Shown here one piece after another: positions 40,748 through 51,561 of a DNA stretch of 64,000 nucleotides. This stretch comes from Bacteriovoracia bacterium (GTDB taxonomy: Bacteria; Bdellovibrionota; UBA1018; JBFWNL01). A program made the translations under genes and the position numbers. Below the pieces are notes generated by a model. It was not told the origin of the DNA, searched no databases, and was given only the letters and a program-made list of their open reading frames with translations. The first letter of the stretch is position 1; the number at the start of each line of letters is the position of its first letter. The stretch lies in the NCBI GenBank assembly GCA_050251055.1, contig JBFWNL010000002.1:32001-96000 (forward strand). Direction: 5' to 3'.

Positions 40748-41779
40748 GTGCCGAAATTAGAACCCAAAGTCATCCAGAAGGAACTTGAGTCCGGGCAATT
40801 TTGGCCAGTGTACTGGCTCTACGGGCCCGAGCGCATGAAATCGGGCGAACTCCTCAAACGGATCCGTAAATCCGTATACCCCGACGAGACCGACGGCCGC
40901 CAATCCCTCTCGGTCGACTTAATCGACGGCGCGGAAACGGACGGCGTTTCGATCGTTGATTCGGCGAACACCTTGACCCTAGGCGGGAGCACCCGCTTGA
41001 TCATTGTCCGTGACGCCCAGGCCATCGACGAGCCGGAGGCGCTCGGCTCCTTGCTGGGACCCCGCGCCCCCCTGGATCAGCTTCCCAGCATCTGCGTTTT
41101 TCTGGCCAATAACCTGGACATGCGCACGAAGTTTTCCAAGGTACTTTTAGAGAAGGCAGCCGTCGTCTCTTGCGAAGAAGTGGCCGACGCCGATCGCGAA
41201 GCCTGGGTGCAGTACCTGATGAAGCGACGCAATCTCCAACTCGCGCCCGCCGTGGCGGGCGAACTCGTGGCCCGGCTACGCGCGCTCGACCCCTGGTCGC
41301 TTGAACTCATCGATCAGGAACTGGAAAAAGCTTCGCTCTGGCTAATGAACGAAGCGGGCGACGGCGATGCCGAGCAAGTCGGCGCGGCCTTGCAGCAGAA
41401 CCTCAAGGCCGAGAGCGGCGACGCCGAACACTTCTTGGCTTACTTTTTTTCACGCCAGTACGAAGGCGCGATGAAGGCCATCCAGAACTTCGCCAACCAG
41501 CCCGAGGAATCGCTCCCCCTGCTGGGCCTGCTTGCTTGGAATGTACGCCAGCTCGCGCTGCTCGTGGAAGACCGCCGCCGCGGCACGCGCAACGCCAAGC
41601 TCAACCCCTACGTGGCTGATCGCTTCAATGCCTGGGTCCGCCACTGGCCGATCGAAGATGTGCTGGAGCTGCAAACCCGTTTGGCCGATCTCGATTTTTC
41701 CTTCAAGCAAACCCCGCGCTTGCCGCTAGGACTATGGGGCGACCTCGTGGTCCGCTTCTGCCACGCCCCACGCGGCTAA
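40748..41779 (+). CDS. holA: DNA polymerase III delta subunit
   Basis: PVYWLYGPE, RLIIVRDA, ELEK, DFSFK; synteny with leuS-lptE. Confidence 0.88.
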   Translation: MPKLEPKVIQKELESGQFWPVYWLYGPERMKSGELLKRIRKSVYPDETDGRQSLSVDLIDGAETDGVSIVDSANTLTLGGSTRLIIVRDAQAIDEPEALGSLLGPRAPLDQLPSICVFLANNLDMRTKFSKVLLEKAAVVSCEEVADADREAWVQYLMKRRNLQLAPAVAGELVARLRALDPWSLELIDQELEKASLWLMNEAGDGDAEQVGAALQQNLKAESGDAEHFLAYFFSRQYEGAMKAIQNFANQPEESLPLLGLLAWNVRQLALLVEDRRRGTRNAKLNPYVADRFNAWVRHWPIEDVLELQTRLADLDFSFKQTPRLPLGLWGDLVVRFCHAPRG

Positions 41780-41783
41780 GCGT

Positions 41784-43859
41784 TCACTCCTGCCCTAAGG
41801 CTTCCACGCGCGTGACGGGCGGCAAACAGGCCTTGCCTTGGCAAAGATAAAAACTCGTTTCGCCCCGAACCGCCTTCCAGGCGCCGTCGGGCTTGCGCCA
41901 GAGCTTCACCACGTGTGGCAAGAAGCGCCGCCCGAGCCCCCGCGCCGCCGCCGCTTCCCCTTCGCCACGAACGATGACGAGCTGACGGGCGCCCGCCTGG
42001 CTAAAATCGACGGCCACCATGAGTTGGGCAACCGCGGGCGAGCTTCGCTCGACCCGCTCTCGCCAGGCGGAAAAAATACGGCGCGCCCGAGCCTCTAGGC
42101 GCGCGGCTTCGTCTAGCTCGCTGAACTGAGCGAGGCGCTGGAGGTTCAATGCCATGAGCGACGTGGGGGTCGGCGTCACGCCATCATAATCCTCCACGGA
42201 ACGAAGCAGTAGCGTCGGATCGCTCCCGTCGTCTTGAAAATAAGTGCCGTCCGGTGCGGTGAAGGACTCGTCGAACTTCGCCTGTAGCCGTGCGGCACGC
42301 TCCCGCCACGGTCCTCCCTCTCGGTCCGCCTCGGCGAGCGCCAGCATTCCGTGAATCAAGTAGGCGTAGTCGTCGGCCAACGCGGAAAACCGCGCTTCGC
42401 CGTCCGCCCAGCGCCGAAGGAGCCGTCCGCTCCCGGCTTCGGATCGCCAGAGTTCACGCCAGATGAACTCCGCGGCCCGCCGGGCGGCCTGCAGGTACTT
42501 CTCCTCGCCTAGGACTTCATAGCCGCGCGCAAAAGCCGCGATCATCAGGCCGTTCCATCCGGCGATGATCTTCGTGTCCAGATGGGGCCGGGGACGCCGG
42601 TTCCGGTGCGCGAGCAGCTTCGTCGCCGCGGAACGCCAAGCTGGGTCGTCGCCTCCCGCCCAAGCCATGGCTGGTTGTAAGCACAGGATGTTACGGCCCT
42701 CGAAATTTCCCTCCCGACAAACACCGAAGAGGCGTTTCGCCGCGTTCAGCTCCTCGGCCTCCAGTAGCCCGGTCACCTCGTCCCAGCTGAAAGTATAAAA
42801 ATAACCTTCATACTTACTCCCCACGCGGGCATGGCCCGAGGTGGGGGCGTGCTCACCGGCGGGCACCTCGCTATCGGCGTCCTCTGCCGCAAAAAAACCT
42901 CCATCGGGATGCGTAAGGTCCCGTAGCACGTACTCGAAAGTGGCGCGCGCCACCTCGGCGTATTCGTCCTTCCCGAAGAGCTGAAACGCTTCGAGGTAAA
43001 CGGGCGGCAACAGGGCGTTGTCGTAAAGCATTTTCTCAAAATGCGGCACGACCCAGGCCTCGTCGACGGAGTAGCGGTGGAACCCTCCTCCCAGGTGATC
43101 GAACATTCCCCCGCGAGCCATGCCGTCGAGCGTGCGCGTGACCCATTCAGCAATCTGGGGTCGACGATCGCGAAACCTTGGCTGCTCGTGAGCGCGCAGA
43201 AGCGCCTGGAGATTCATGGTTTGGGGAAACTTGGGGCGGTGATTGAAGCCGCCATTACGGGGATCAAAAGCGGTTTCGTAATAGGAAACGAAACGAGGCC
43301 AAACGGATTCGGAAAATGCCCCCGCCGCGCTACCGTCCGGATCACCAGGGCCGAGCGAAGGGGTGACCTGCGCGTTTTCCTCGAGCAACTTCGTAAGCTC
43401 GCCCGCGCCGTGCTTCAACTTCTCCGGATCTTCCCGCCACACGCGGGAGATTTCGCCTAAAAGGTGCAGAAAATGCGCCTTCGGGAAATAGGTCCCGCCG
43501 TAAAACGGCTTACCGTCCGGCAGTAACCACACCGACATCGGCCAACCGCCCGAGCCCCGCATCGCTTGCACGGCCGCCATGTAGATGGAATCGACATCCG
43601 GCCGTTCTTCACGATCCACCTTCACGGAAACGAAAGATTCATTCAGGGCGCGCGCAACCTCCGCGTCCTCGAAAGACTCGTGCTCCATCACGTGGCACCA
43701 GTGGCAAGTGGAGTAACCCACCGACAGGAAAATGGGTTTGTTCTCCTGTCTCGCCCGCGCGAGCGCCGCCTCCCCCCAAGGCTGCCACCACACCGGATTC
43801 TGGGCATGCTGACGAAGATAAGGGCTTTTTTCCAGGTGTAGTAGATTCGTGGGGTTCAC
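41784..43859 (-). CDS. YyaL/SPATA20-family thioredoxin-domain protein (DUF255)
   Basis: [52 protein letters not shown]. Confidence 0.93.
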   Translation of the reverse strand: MNPTNLLHLEKSPYLRQHAQNPVWWQPWGEAALARARQENKPIFLSVGYSTCHWCHVMEHESFEDAEVARALNESFVSVKVDREERPDVDSIYMAAVQAMRGSGGWPMSVWLLPDGKPFYGGTYFPKAHFLHLLGEISRVWREDPEKLKHGAGELTKLLEENAQVTPSLGPGDPDGSAAGAFSESVWPRFVSYYETAFDPRNGGFNHRPKFPQTMNLQALLRAHEQPRFRDRRPQIAEWVTRTLDGMARGGMFDHLGGGFHRYSVDEAWVVPHFEKMLYDNALLPPVYLEAFQLFGKDEYAEVARATFEYVLRDLTHPDGGFFAAEDADSEVPAGEHAPTSGHARVGSKYEGYFYTFSWDEVTGLLEAEELNAAKRLFGVCREGNFEGRNILCLQPAMAWAGGDDPAWRSAATKLLAHRNRRPRPHLDTKIIAGWNGLMIAAFARGYEVLGEEKYLQAARRAAEFIWRELWRSEAGSGRLLRRWADGEARFSALADDYAYLIHGMLALAEADREGGPWRERAARLQAKFDESFTAPDGTYFQDDGSDPTLLLRSVEDYDGVTPTPTSLMALNLQRLAQFSELDEAARLEARARRIFSAWRERVERSSPAVAQLMVAVDFSQAGARQLVIVRGEGEAAAARGLGRRFLPHVVKLWRKPDGAWKAVRGETSFYLCQGKACLPPVTRVEALGQE

Positions 43860-43919
43860 CCCCGGAAACCTAGCCGGTTTTATCGCCCCTGAAAAGCCGG
43901 AAACCGGCCCGAGCGCGAC

Positions 43920-44960
43920 CTAATCCTGCGGTTTGAAGTACTTCTGGTACGCGTCCTCGCCGTCCTTGAGCTGGCGAGTGGACGGTTTGATTCGTGACGG
44001 GCCTTCCGGCGCCGTTTTAAGCAGCCTTCCCGTAACCTGGGCATTCACGGCGTCCGTCGTGGTCGCGGGGTTCTGCTCCATCTGCGCGTAAAGCTCCGGA
44101 TCGTGGCGCTTGATGTCGGTTACCGTCATCGTGAGCGCCTGTTTTTCCAAGCCCTGTACCTTCGCGGCGAGCTCCGATTTTTCGTTCAACTTCGCTAAGT
44201 CCTGCTTCACCATCGACTCGGCTTGAATATCCGTAAGCTCCGTCTTCGTCGTCGCGCGCAGCTCGACCTTCGGCGCGACCGCCCCCGGAGCCGCATCCAC
44301 CGTTTTGGCTGTAACGGGCACCTCGGCCGTAAAGCCTTTTTTTACACTGATCGTCTGCTGCGGAGTGGCCTGTGGAGTCACCGCGACCTCGCCCCGCAGG
44401 ACCGAGACTTCCGTCACTGCTTGCTCGTGCGATTCCGAGACGAAAAAATCCGTGCCGCGTACCCCCATGGTCGCGGACCGGGTTTTAAGCTTGAGGCCGG
44501 AGCGCGGTCCGCCTTTCTCCACCAGCGCGCGGAGTTTCCCGTACACGAGCTCAAGCTGCGCCGAGGTTTTGGTGGCGTCCGGTTTCGCCTTCTCCGCCGC
44601 GTAAAGCCGGCCCTTCTTTCCTCGCTGCCAAGACACCCGATAGGCCGTGCCCTGGCCGAGGTTCAATTGATCGCCGTTCTCATAGACCACGCGCGCGCGG
44701 CCGTCGGTTGCCGTCTGCACGATGTTTCCGTTTTCCACCACGTCCCCCACCTTGGCAGACCGCACGGAATAATATTCGTTTTGATATTTCACGTGCGGAG
44801 CCGGGCCCTTCATCTCCTGCCCGGGATGATCGAATATCTGCACGCCGCCCTCTACCGCCGTCAAAACTCCGACTTGACTATCAGCGTATACGGGAGCAGC
44901 CACGAAGCCTGGCGCGAGGCAAATCAGGAATAAAACGGCGCGATCATTTTGGTTTTTCAT
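43920..44960 (-). CDS. FecR-domain exported protein
   Basis: Signal peptide, TATDGRARV, LELVYGKLR, TRSATMGVRGTDFFV. Confidence 0.85.
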   Translation of the reverse strand: MKNQNDRAVLFLICLAPGFVAAPVYADSQVGVLTAVEGGVQIFDHPGQEMKGPAPHVKYQNEYYSVRSAKVGDVVENGNIVQTATDGRARVVYENGDQLNLGQGTAYRVSWQRGKKGRLYAAEKAKPDATKTSAQLELVYGKLRALVEKGGPRSGLKLKTRSATMGVRGTDFFVSESHEQAVTEVSVLRGEVAVTPQATPQQTISVKKGFTAEVPVTAKTVDAAPGAVAPKVELRATTKTELTDIQAESMVKQDLAKLNEKSELAAKVQGLEKQALTMTVTDIKRHDPELYAQMEQNPATTTDAVNAQVTGRLLKTAPEGPSRIKPSTRQLKDGEDAYQKYFKPQD

Positions 44961-45025
44961 GGGGATCTTCTCTTTGTTATGATGGTTGAAACGACAGTAT
45001 AGCGGGCATTGAGGAGATTCCAAGC

Positions 45026-45733
45026 ATGAAACTCGGAAGTAGAATGGGAGCGTTTGTCGCGTTGATCGCATTTTTTTCCACCCACGTGGTCGGTGCCGCG
45101 GAGACCTACGATTACCCTGAATTGATGGTAACGCCGCTCGCCTCGGATCGACTGGGTATGCTAGCCAAGGATGAGCCCGGCACCCAATGGACGATGCACC
45201 TGCCGATCCAAATTTCTGCCTTAGCCACGACGTTGGCTGGCATCACCTACACGCCCAAGGCCTCGGTCGTAAGTCCCGACCCGACTCAAGCCATCGCGAT
45301 CGGGGTGGGCGCGGGATGGCTTGCGGTATCAACCTTCTTGGCCGCGACCTATAAACCCTACCAATCCGGCTTGGACTCGATCAAGGATCTCCCGACCAAG
45401 ACTAAGCGCGACCAGCTAACGAAGGAGCGCCTGGCCGAAGAAGCCCTCGAAAAGCCGGCTTCCCTGGCCCGGCGATTAATGTGGGTTTCGATCGCGACGA
45501 ACGCCAGCGCCTCCGCCTACCTCCTGTCCAAGGCCGACACCGGCACCTTCGGCGCGATCGCAATGGCCGCGGCCTTCGCTCCCCTGCTTTTCCAATACAA
45601 GTGGCAGGATGTGGCGCGCTCGCAGCGTGAGTATAAGAAGCGCATCTACGCACCGGTGGCCGGCGCCACCCTTCTGCCCGAACCCGTTACGGGCAAGCTG
45701 CGCCCGGGTGTAAGCCTAGCGTTTTTCTTTTAG
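45026..45733 (+). CDS. Hypothetical exported or membrane protein
   Basis: GAGGAG RBS, signal peptide, several hydrophobic helices, C-terminal SLAFFF. Confidence 0.7.
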   Translation: MKLGSRMGAFVALIAFFSTHVVGAAETYDYPELMVTPLASDRLGMLAKDEPGTQWTMHLPIQISALATTLAGITYTPKASVVSPDPTQAIAIGVGAGWLAVSTFLAATYKPYQSGLDSIKDLPTKTKRDQLTKERLAEEALEKPASLARRLMWVSIATNASASAYLLSKADTGTFGAIAMAAAFAPLLFQYKWQDVARSQREYKKRIYAPVAGATLLPEPVTGKLRPGVSLAFFF

Positions 45734-46573
45734 CCCCGGGGTTGCGGGCGCGCCCCGCTTTTCGGGCGCCAACGATGACCGTAAGGCCATCTGCTTGGCA
45801 AAGGCCAGGGCTTCATTCACCGGCATCTGCAAACCCCCGCTCGCCACCGCGTACTTGTAAGCTTGCGCGAAATTCTCCGCCGATTGCGGGCCACTGCCCA
45901 CGATCTCCTCGGCGAGCCTGAGCGCTTCCCCCGTTGAGCGGCCCGGCAAACCCGTCGTGATGAATTGAAAAAGCTCGCGGAACGCGGGTGATAGTGGCCG
46001 ATCGAAGCCTTCGTTTTGAATCGCCACCTTCTTCGCCAGCTCCGCGCACCGATATTTAGGGAGCGCCAACTCGCGCTCCTTCATGCAGAAGTGAACAATC
46101 GCCTCGAAGTCCTGTCGCGCGTACTCCGAGCTACCCGCGAAACTCACCGAAAGATCCCGGGCCGTCTCCAGGGCTGCCCGCACATCTAGATCCAGGCCAT
46201 CGCTGGCGTAGGCGGCGGAAAAGATATCCGTGAACGCCGTGAACTTCTCGTCGCCCATTTGCGCGAGCTGCACGGAAGTTTTCAGTGCATCCGCAACGGG
46301 CACGCCCGCTTTGATCAGGAGCTCATTTCCCCGGACGAACCGTCGAGCGGCCTCGCTGCACCCGAGGGACACGTCGTCGGCGAGTTTCCGCGCCGCCGCC
46401 TCGGTTAGCGCGAAGTCCTTGTGGTCCCGCAAATACTCGAGCGCCGTGACGTATTCACGGGCGGAGGTGCAGTGTTCCTTCAAGGCGATGGGCGGCGAAA
46501 CTTCTCCCCGGGCCATGCTTCCCACTAATGAAATACCAACCAGTCCCCCAACCAATCCGATGAAGATGCGCAT
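45716..46573 (-). CDS. Exported helical-repeat hypothetical protein
   Basis: Signal peptide; recurring motif of Phe helix, GL, then A...A (for example GLDLDVRAAL, GLQMPVNEAL). Confidence 0.68.
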   Translation of the reverse strand: MRIFIGLVGGLVGISLVGSMARGEVSPPIALKEHCTSAREYVTALEYLRDHKDFALTEAAARKLADDVSLGCSEAARRFVRGNELLIKAGVPVADALKTSVQLAQMGDEKFTAFTDIFSAAYASDGLDLDVRAALETARDLSVSFAGSSEYARQDFEAIVHFCMKERELALPKYRCAELAKKVAIQNEGFDRPLSPAFRELFQFITTGLPGRSTGEALRLAEEIVGSGPQSAENFAQAYKYAVASGGLQMPVNEALAFAKQMALRSSLAPEKRGAPATPGLKEKR

Positions 46574-46727
46574 AGTTTTAATAGTAAATCCGAACGGATT
46601 TTACATAGAGCGTTATCCTACTTAGGTGATCTTATAGGGTCTCAACTGCAATGATCGCACTTTTGTAAAAAGAGCCAAAATCAGCGAAAAACTCAGTCTC
46701 CACGCGGACCTAACGCAACCCTAACAA

Positions 46728-46774
46728 ACGCTACTTATAGTGTCATAAACTTATCAACCCCCCATATATTGTGG
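46728..46774. promoter_or_regulatory. Tandem NrdR boxes
   Basis: ACGCTACTTATAGTGT (46728-46743) and CCCCCATATATTGTGG (46759-46774) resemble acaCwAtATaTwGtg, start 31 bp apart, and lie upstream of nrdA. Confidence 0.82.
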
Positions 46775-46881
46775 TACCCCCTTTGACAAAACCCCACACA
46801 CCCCTCAGTCTGGACTCAACAGCAAGCATTTTGAGTACGGGCGCACCAGGCCACATCAGACGAAGATTCACGGAGGAAACG

Positions 46882-49479
46882 ATGGCAGATTTGATCCTAA
46901 ACCCTCAGCCCCTAGCCGGCAAAACCAATGGCTCCCCGCAAAAAGGCTCCAGCGAAGGTGATTCGGGCAAGCTTGTCCTGAATACGCGCCCAATGGGTGA
47001 AAATACCCGTCCGGTTGGCACCACTACTTCGTCCCAAAACACGGTCTGGGGCGGCACTTCCATGAAAGTCTGCAAGCGCGACGGCACGTGCGAACCCGTC
47101 GACCTCAACAAGATCGTCGCCCGTGTCGGCACCTGCGCGATCGGCCTGCACTCGGTGGACACGATGCGGATCGCGACCAAGGCCATCAGCGGACTGTATG
47201 ACGGCGCCAGCACGCAGGAACTCGACCAGCTCTGTATCCAAACCGCGGCACTACTCATCGGCGAAGAGCCGGAGTACTCTCGGCTTGCCGCCCGCCTGCT
47301 CGCCGTTTACGTCGACGAGGAAGTCGCCAGCCAAGGCATTAAATGTTTCTCCGAATCCATCGAGCTCGGTTTCCGAGTGGGGTTGATCGCGAAGGAAACG
47401 CATCAGTTCGTGATGCAGAACAAGGCGATCCTAGATGCCGCGACCGACCGCTCGCGCACGGATCTCTTCGAGTACTTCGGCCTGCGCATCGTCTATGACC
47501 GCTATCTTTTGAAGAATCCCTCCAGCCGCTTCGTGCTCGAAACCCCGCAGTACTTCTTCCTGCGCGTCGCCTGCGGCCTTTCGAAGAATGTCGACGAAGC
47601 CATCGAATTCTACCGGTTGATCTCGGCCCTGGATTACATGCCGAGCACGCCGACCCTGTTTAACTCCGCCACACGCCACCAACAGCTCTCGTCCTGCTAC
47701 CTCTTGGACTCGCCCGAGGATGACCTCGTGTCGATCTACAAGAAGTACATGGACGTGGCTATGCTTTCAAAGTTCGCCGGCGGGATCGGGCTTGCCTACC
47801 ACAAGGTCCGGTCCCGCGGCTCGCACATCGTCGGCACGAACGGCCAGAGCAACGGGATCGTCCCGTGGCTCAAGACGCTCGATTCGTCGGTGGCGGCCGT
47901 GAACCAAGGTGGCAAGCGCAAGGGCGCCTGCTGCGTTTACTTGGAAACCTGGCACGCGGACATCGATCAGTTCCTGGAGTTACGCGACAACACCGGCGAC
48001 GAATCCCAACGCACCCACAACCTCAACCTCGCCAACTGGGTTCCGGATCTCTTCATGGAACGGGTCGAAGCCGACGCCGACTGGTCGCTGTTCGATCCGA
48101 AGATCGTGCCGGAGCTCGTCGATCTCTACGGCGAGGAGTTCGAAAAGGCTTATATGGCGGCCGAACAGCGCGGGGTTTACGTGAAGCAGGTGAAGGCACG
48201 CGATCTGTATGCCCGCATGATGAAGACCCTGGCGCAAACCGGCAACGGCTGGATGACCTTTAAAGATGCCGCCAACCTCAAGTCCAATCAAACGGGTGAG
48301 AAGGGCAACGTCATTCACCTCTCGAATCTATGCACCGAGATCCTCGAGATTTCTTCCAAGAACGAAACCGCGGTTTGCAATCTCGGCTCGATCAATTTGG
48401 CAAAACACCTCAAGCACACCGATAAAGGCCTGGCTTTCGATTTCGAAAAGCTCGGTCGCAGCGCCCGCACGGCCGTGAAGTATCTGGACCGCGTGATCGA
48501 CATCAACTACTACCCGATCGCCACCGCCTCTTCGTCCAACCTGAAGTGGCGTCCGATCGGCCTGGGCGTCTTAGGCCTGCAAGACGTGTTTTTCCAGCTG
48601 GGGCTGCCGTTTGATAGCGCGGAGGCCCGCGAGCTTTCCCGCCAGATCCAGGAAGAAGTTTACTTCCATGCGGTGTCCACCTCCTGCGACCTGGCCCATC
48701 AGTTCGGACCCCATCCCGCTTTCTCTCAGACCCGCGCGGCCCGTGGCCTGCTTCAATTCGATCTTTGGAGCGCCCCCCATCCCCAAGGTCGTACCCCCGA
48801 CCGGTGGAACAAGCTCAAGGACCGAGTGAAGACCACGGGCCTGCGGAATTCCCTGATGATCGCGATCGCGCCGACGGCCACGATCGCGGCCATTATGGGA
48901 TCTTACGAAAGCATCGAGCCGATGGTTTCGAACCTCTTCAAACGCGAGACGCTCTCCGGCGAGTTCCTCCAGGTGAATCGCTACTTGGTCGCCGAGCTCA
49001 AAAAAGCCGGCCTCTGGGACGAAAACATGCGGGCGCGCATCAAGGCGGCCGAAGGCTCGGTTCAAGACATCGCCGAGATTCCGGAAAATCTCCGTCAAGT
49101 CTACCGTACGGTCTGGGAGATTCCGATGAAGTCGCTGATTGACATGGCGGCGGACCGGGGCGCGTTCATCGACCAAAGTCAGTCGCTGAATCTGTTCATG
49201 GAAAGCCCCTCGATCGGCAAGCTCTCCTCCATGTATATGTACGCCTGGAAGCGCGGTTTGAAGACCACGTATTACCTCCGCTCGCGCCCGGCGACGCGAA
49301 TCGCGAAGACGACGCTGTCGGCTTCCAGCGTGGCGACCGCGCCAACCGCGACGGTCTCCGTAGCGACGGCATCGGCAGCTGCGGAAACCGCTCTGCCGGC
49401 AACGAAGCCGACGTACTCGGACGCCGAAGCGGTCACCTGCTCGCTCGAAAACCCGAGCGCCTGCGAGGCCTGTCAGTAA
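46882..49479 (+). CDS. nrdA: Ribonucleoside-diphosphate reductase alpha subunit (class Ia, ATP cone)
   Basis: VCKRDG ATP cone, STPTLFN, SSCYL, SNLCTEI, APTAT, KTTYY, C-terminal CEAC; GGAGG RBS before ATG 46882. Confidence 0.96.
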   Translation: MADLILNPQPLAGKTNGSPQKGSSEGDSGKLVLNTRPMGENTRPVGTTTSSQNTVWGGTSMKVCKRDGTCEPVDLNKIVARVGTCAIGLHSVDTMRIATKAISGLYDGASTQELDQLCIQTAALLIGEEPEYSRLAARLLAVYVDEEVASQGIKCFSESIELGFRVGLIAKETHQFVMQNKAILDAATDRSRTDLFEYFGLRIVYDRYLLKNPSSRFVLETPQYFFLRVACGLSKNVDEAIEFYRLISALDYMPSTPTLFNSATRHQQLSSCYLLDSPEDDLVSIYKKYMDVAMLSKFAGGIGLAYHKVRSRGSHIVGTNGQSNGIVPWLKTLDSSVAAVNQGGKRKGACCVYLETWHADIDQFLELRDNTGDESQRTHNLNLANWVPDLFMERVEADADWSLFDPKIVPELVDLYGEEFEKAYMAAEQRGVYVKQVKARDLYARMMKTLAQTGNGWMTFKDAANLKSNQTGEKGNVIHLSNLCTEILEISSKNETAVCNLGSINLAKHLKHTDKGLAFDFEKLGRSARTAVKYLDRVIDINYYPIATASSSNLKWRPIGLGVLGLQDVFFQLGLPFDSAEARELSRQIQEEVYFHAVSTSCDLAHQFGPHPAFSQTRAARGLLQFDLWSAPHPQGRTPDRWNKLKDRVKTTGLRNSLMIAIAPTATIAAIMGSYESIEPMVSNLFKRETLSGEFLQVNRYLVAELKKAGLWDENMRARIKAAEGSVQDIAEIPENLRQVYRTVWEIPMKSLIDMAADRGAFIDQSQSLNLFMESPSIGKLSSMYMYAWKRGLKTTYYLRSRPATRIAKTTLSASSVATAPTATVSVATASAAAETALPATKPTYSDAEAVTCSLENPSACEACQ

Positions 49480-49579
49480 CCCGCGTACATAAATCGAATT
49501 AGAACTTTAATGCAGTACGGCGTCCGGAGGGAATTCGGGCGTCGAAGGGAATCTTTTCCCGAAAAAAGAGGAGCTTAAA

Positions 49580-50578
49580 ATGATCTTGAACCCCGGACTC
49601 AATCTAACCTTACGGCCCATGAAATATCCCGTGTTCTACGAGATGTACCGGAACTCGATCAAAAATACCTGGACGGTCGAGGAAGTGGATCTTTCGCACG
49701 ACCTAGCCGACCTGCATGGGAAACTCAGCCCGGCCGAAAAGCACTTAATCAGCCGCTTGGTCGCGTTCTTCGCCACCGGCGACTCCATCGTGGCCAATAA
49801 TCTCGTGCTCAACCTCTATAAGCACATTAACTCGCCGGAGGCCCGCCTATTCCTCTCGCGCCAGCTTTACGAAGAAGCCCTGCACGTGCAGTTCTACCTC
49901 ACGTTGCTCGACACCTATATCCCCCACCCCGATGATCGGGCCAAGGCGTTCTCGGCCATCGACAATATCCCCTCGATTCGCCAGAAGGCACAATTTTGTT
50001 TCAAGTGGATGGACTCGATCAATACGCTCGACGCGTTGAATACACCGGCGGATCGCCGCAAGTTCCTGCTCAACCTCATTTGCTTCGCTGCGTGCATCGA
50101 AGGGCTCTTCTTCTTCGCCGCGTTCGCCTACGTCTATTTTCTGCGCTCCAAAGGCCTGCTTAATGGCCTGGCCACCGGAACGAACTGGGTATTCCGCGAC
50201 GAGAGCGCGCACATGGCTTTCGCATTCAAGACGATCGAAACCATCCGCGCGGAAGAGCCCACGCTCTTTGACGAAGACCTCAACCGCCAAATCGTACAGA
50301 TGATGATCGAAGCGGTGGACTGCGAGACCGCGTTCGCCGAAGACATTTTGGGCCACGGCGTGGCCGGACTCTCGATCACGGACATGCGCAAATATCTCGA
50401 ATTCGTTGCCGATCAGCGCCTCATGAACTTGGGTATTCAGCCCGTCTTCCATTCCCGTAACCCCTTCGGGTTCATGGAGCTGCAAGACGTGCAAGAACTC
50501 GCCAACTTTTTCGAACGCCGCGTATCCGCGTACCAGGTCGGCGTCACCGGTCAGGTGAGCTTCGAAGAGGCATTTTAA
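49580..50578 (+). CDS. nrdB: Ribonucleoside-diphosphate reductase beta subunit
   Basis: FFATGDSIV, EEALHVQFY (radical Tyr), IEGLFF, RDESAH, NFFERRVSAY. Confidence 0.96.
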   Translation: MILNPGLNLTLRPMKYPVFYEMYRNSIKNTWTVEEVDLSHDLADLHGKLSPAEKHLISRLVAFFATGDSIVANNLVLNLYKHINSPEARLFLSRQLYEEALHVQFYLTLLDTYIPHPDDRAKAFSAIDNIPSIRQKAQFCFKWMDSINTLDALNTPADRRKFLLNLICFAACIEGLFFFAAFAYVYFLRSKGLLNGLATGTNWVFRDESAHMAFAFKTIETIRAEEPTLFDEDLNRQIVQMMIEAVDCETAFAEDILGHGVAGLSITDMRKYLEFVADQRLMNLGIQPVFHSRNPFGFMELQDVQELANFFERRVSAYQVGVTGQVSFEEAF

Positions 50579-50629
50579 TTTGGCGCATCCCCCCTTGCGC
50601 TTCCGGGGAGAACCCGTAAAATCGCGGGC

Positions 50630-51490
50630 ATGAATCGTACCCCTGCTCGAGTTTTTTTCGGCATAGTCGGCGCCCTCCTCCTGTTCCCGCGGGCGGAAGC
50701 CTATATCTCGGGATCCGTCTCCGCCGGTCCGGGTAAAAGTGACGTGGAGCTCACCGCTAGCTTCGAACGCGGACGACTCGGGGCTCAGAACATCCCCGAG
50801 TCTCAGATCACCCAAAACTCCTCGATCACGACGTATGATCTCAAGGTGGGGCACAACTTCGGCGCCTGGGGCGGGCTCGAAGACGTCACCCTTCGCCTCT
50901 CCGGACGGTATTTCGGTAGCGCGCCCGAAGCCATGGGCGCCACGCCGACGTACGGCGAAGATTCCGGCGGCGTATTCGGTTTGGAAACGAGCGCAAACTT
51001 CCTACACGAGCCCGAACGGGTGGTCGGTGCGTTCGCTCGCTTCTCGCTGCCTTCGGGCATGAATCGGGCAAAGTTCGCCAATCCCAAGGTGGATACTTTT
51101 GCCTTAGGACTACAGGGCGGATTTGAAATCTCTTCCACCTTCGGCTTCGAAACCCTTTGGTATTACGGCACGGGTCTGCTTGACTCCGGCATCCGCATGC
51201 AGAACGCCTCGCTGGTGGGATCGTCCCTTCTCTCGGCGCGCTGGCCCTCGGCCTGGCCTCAGGGCCTCACTCTCAAGTTTGGTCCCTTCTTCGAGTCGGA
51301 GCTCACGGAACGAAACGACACGGTATACGGGACCACGGGCATTCGCGGCTTTCGGGTCGGCCTCACCGCCATCGGATCGGTTGCCTTCACTTCCGCGCTG
51401 GGGATGGATCTCGGATACGTGCAAAAGCTTTCGGGCGCTTATTTCCGCGCAACTAAGGATGTATTCGTTTCTCTGAAAGCGACTTGGTGA
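50630..51490 (+). CDS. Putative outer-membrane beta-barrel protein
   Basis: Signal peptide, amphipathic strands, C-terminal VSLKATW. Confidence 0.65.
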   Translation: MNRTPARVFFGIVGALLLFPRAEAYISGSVSAGPGKSDVELTASFERGRLGAQNIPESQITQNSSITTYDLKVGHNFGAWGGLEDVTLRLSGRYFGSAPEAMGATPTYGEDSGGVFGLETSANFLHEPERVVGAFARFSLPSGMNRAKFANPKVDTFALGLQGGFEISSTFGFETLWYYGTGLLDSGIRMQNASLVGSSLLSARWPSAWPQGLTLKFGPFFESELTERNDTVYGTTGIRGFRVGLTAIGSVAFTSALGMDLGYVQKLSGAYFRATKDVFVSLKATW

Positions 51491-51561
51491 CGGCGTCCGC
51501 TGCAGAGTCCGCTACAGACTAAAAATTGACATCTAGCATCTTCTGGTCGAGAAACGGGCAC

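Noticed and set aside
46771-47060. NrdA N-terminal extension or intein
   Set aside because: The track start at 46771 overlaps an NrdR box; the remaining extension is short and low complexity, with no intein or intron signature.
49480-49579. Small hairpins between nrdA and nrdB as a riboswitch
   Set aside because: No cobalamin or other riboswitch consensus recognised; probably mRNA stability hairpins.
50580-50598. Sigma-54-like TGGCGC...TTGC
   Set aside because: GG to GC spacing is 12, not 10; the TTGCGC fits better as a sigma-70 -35.
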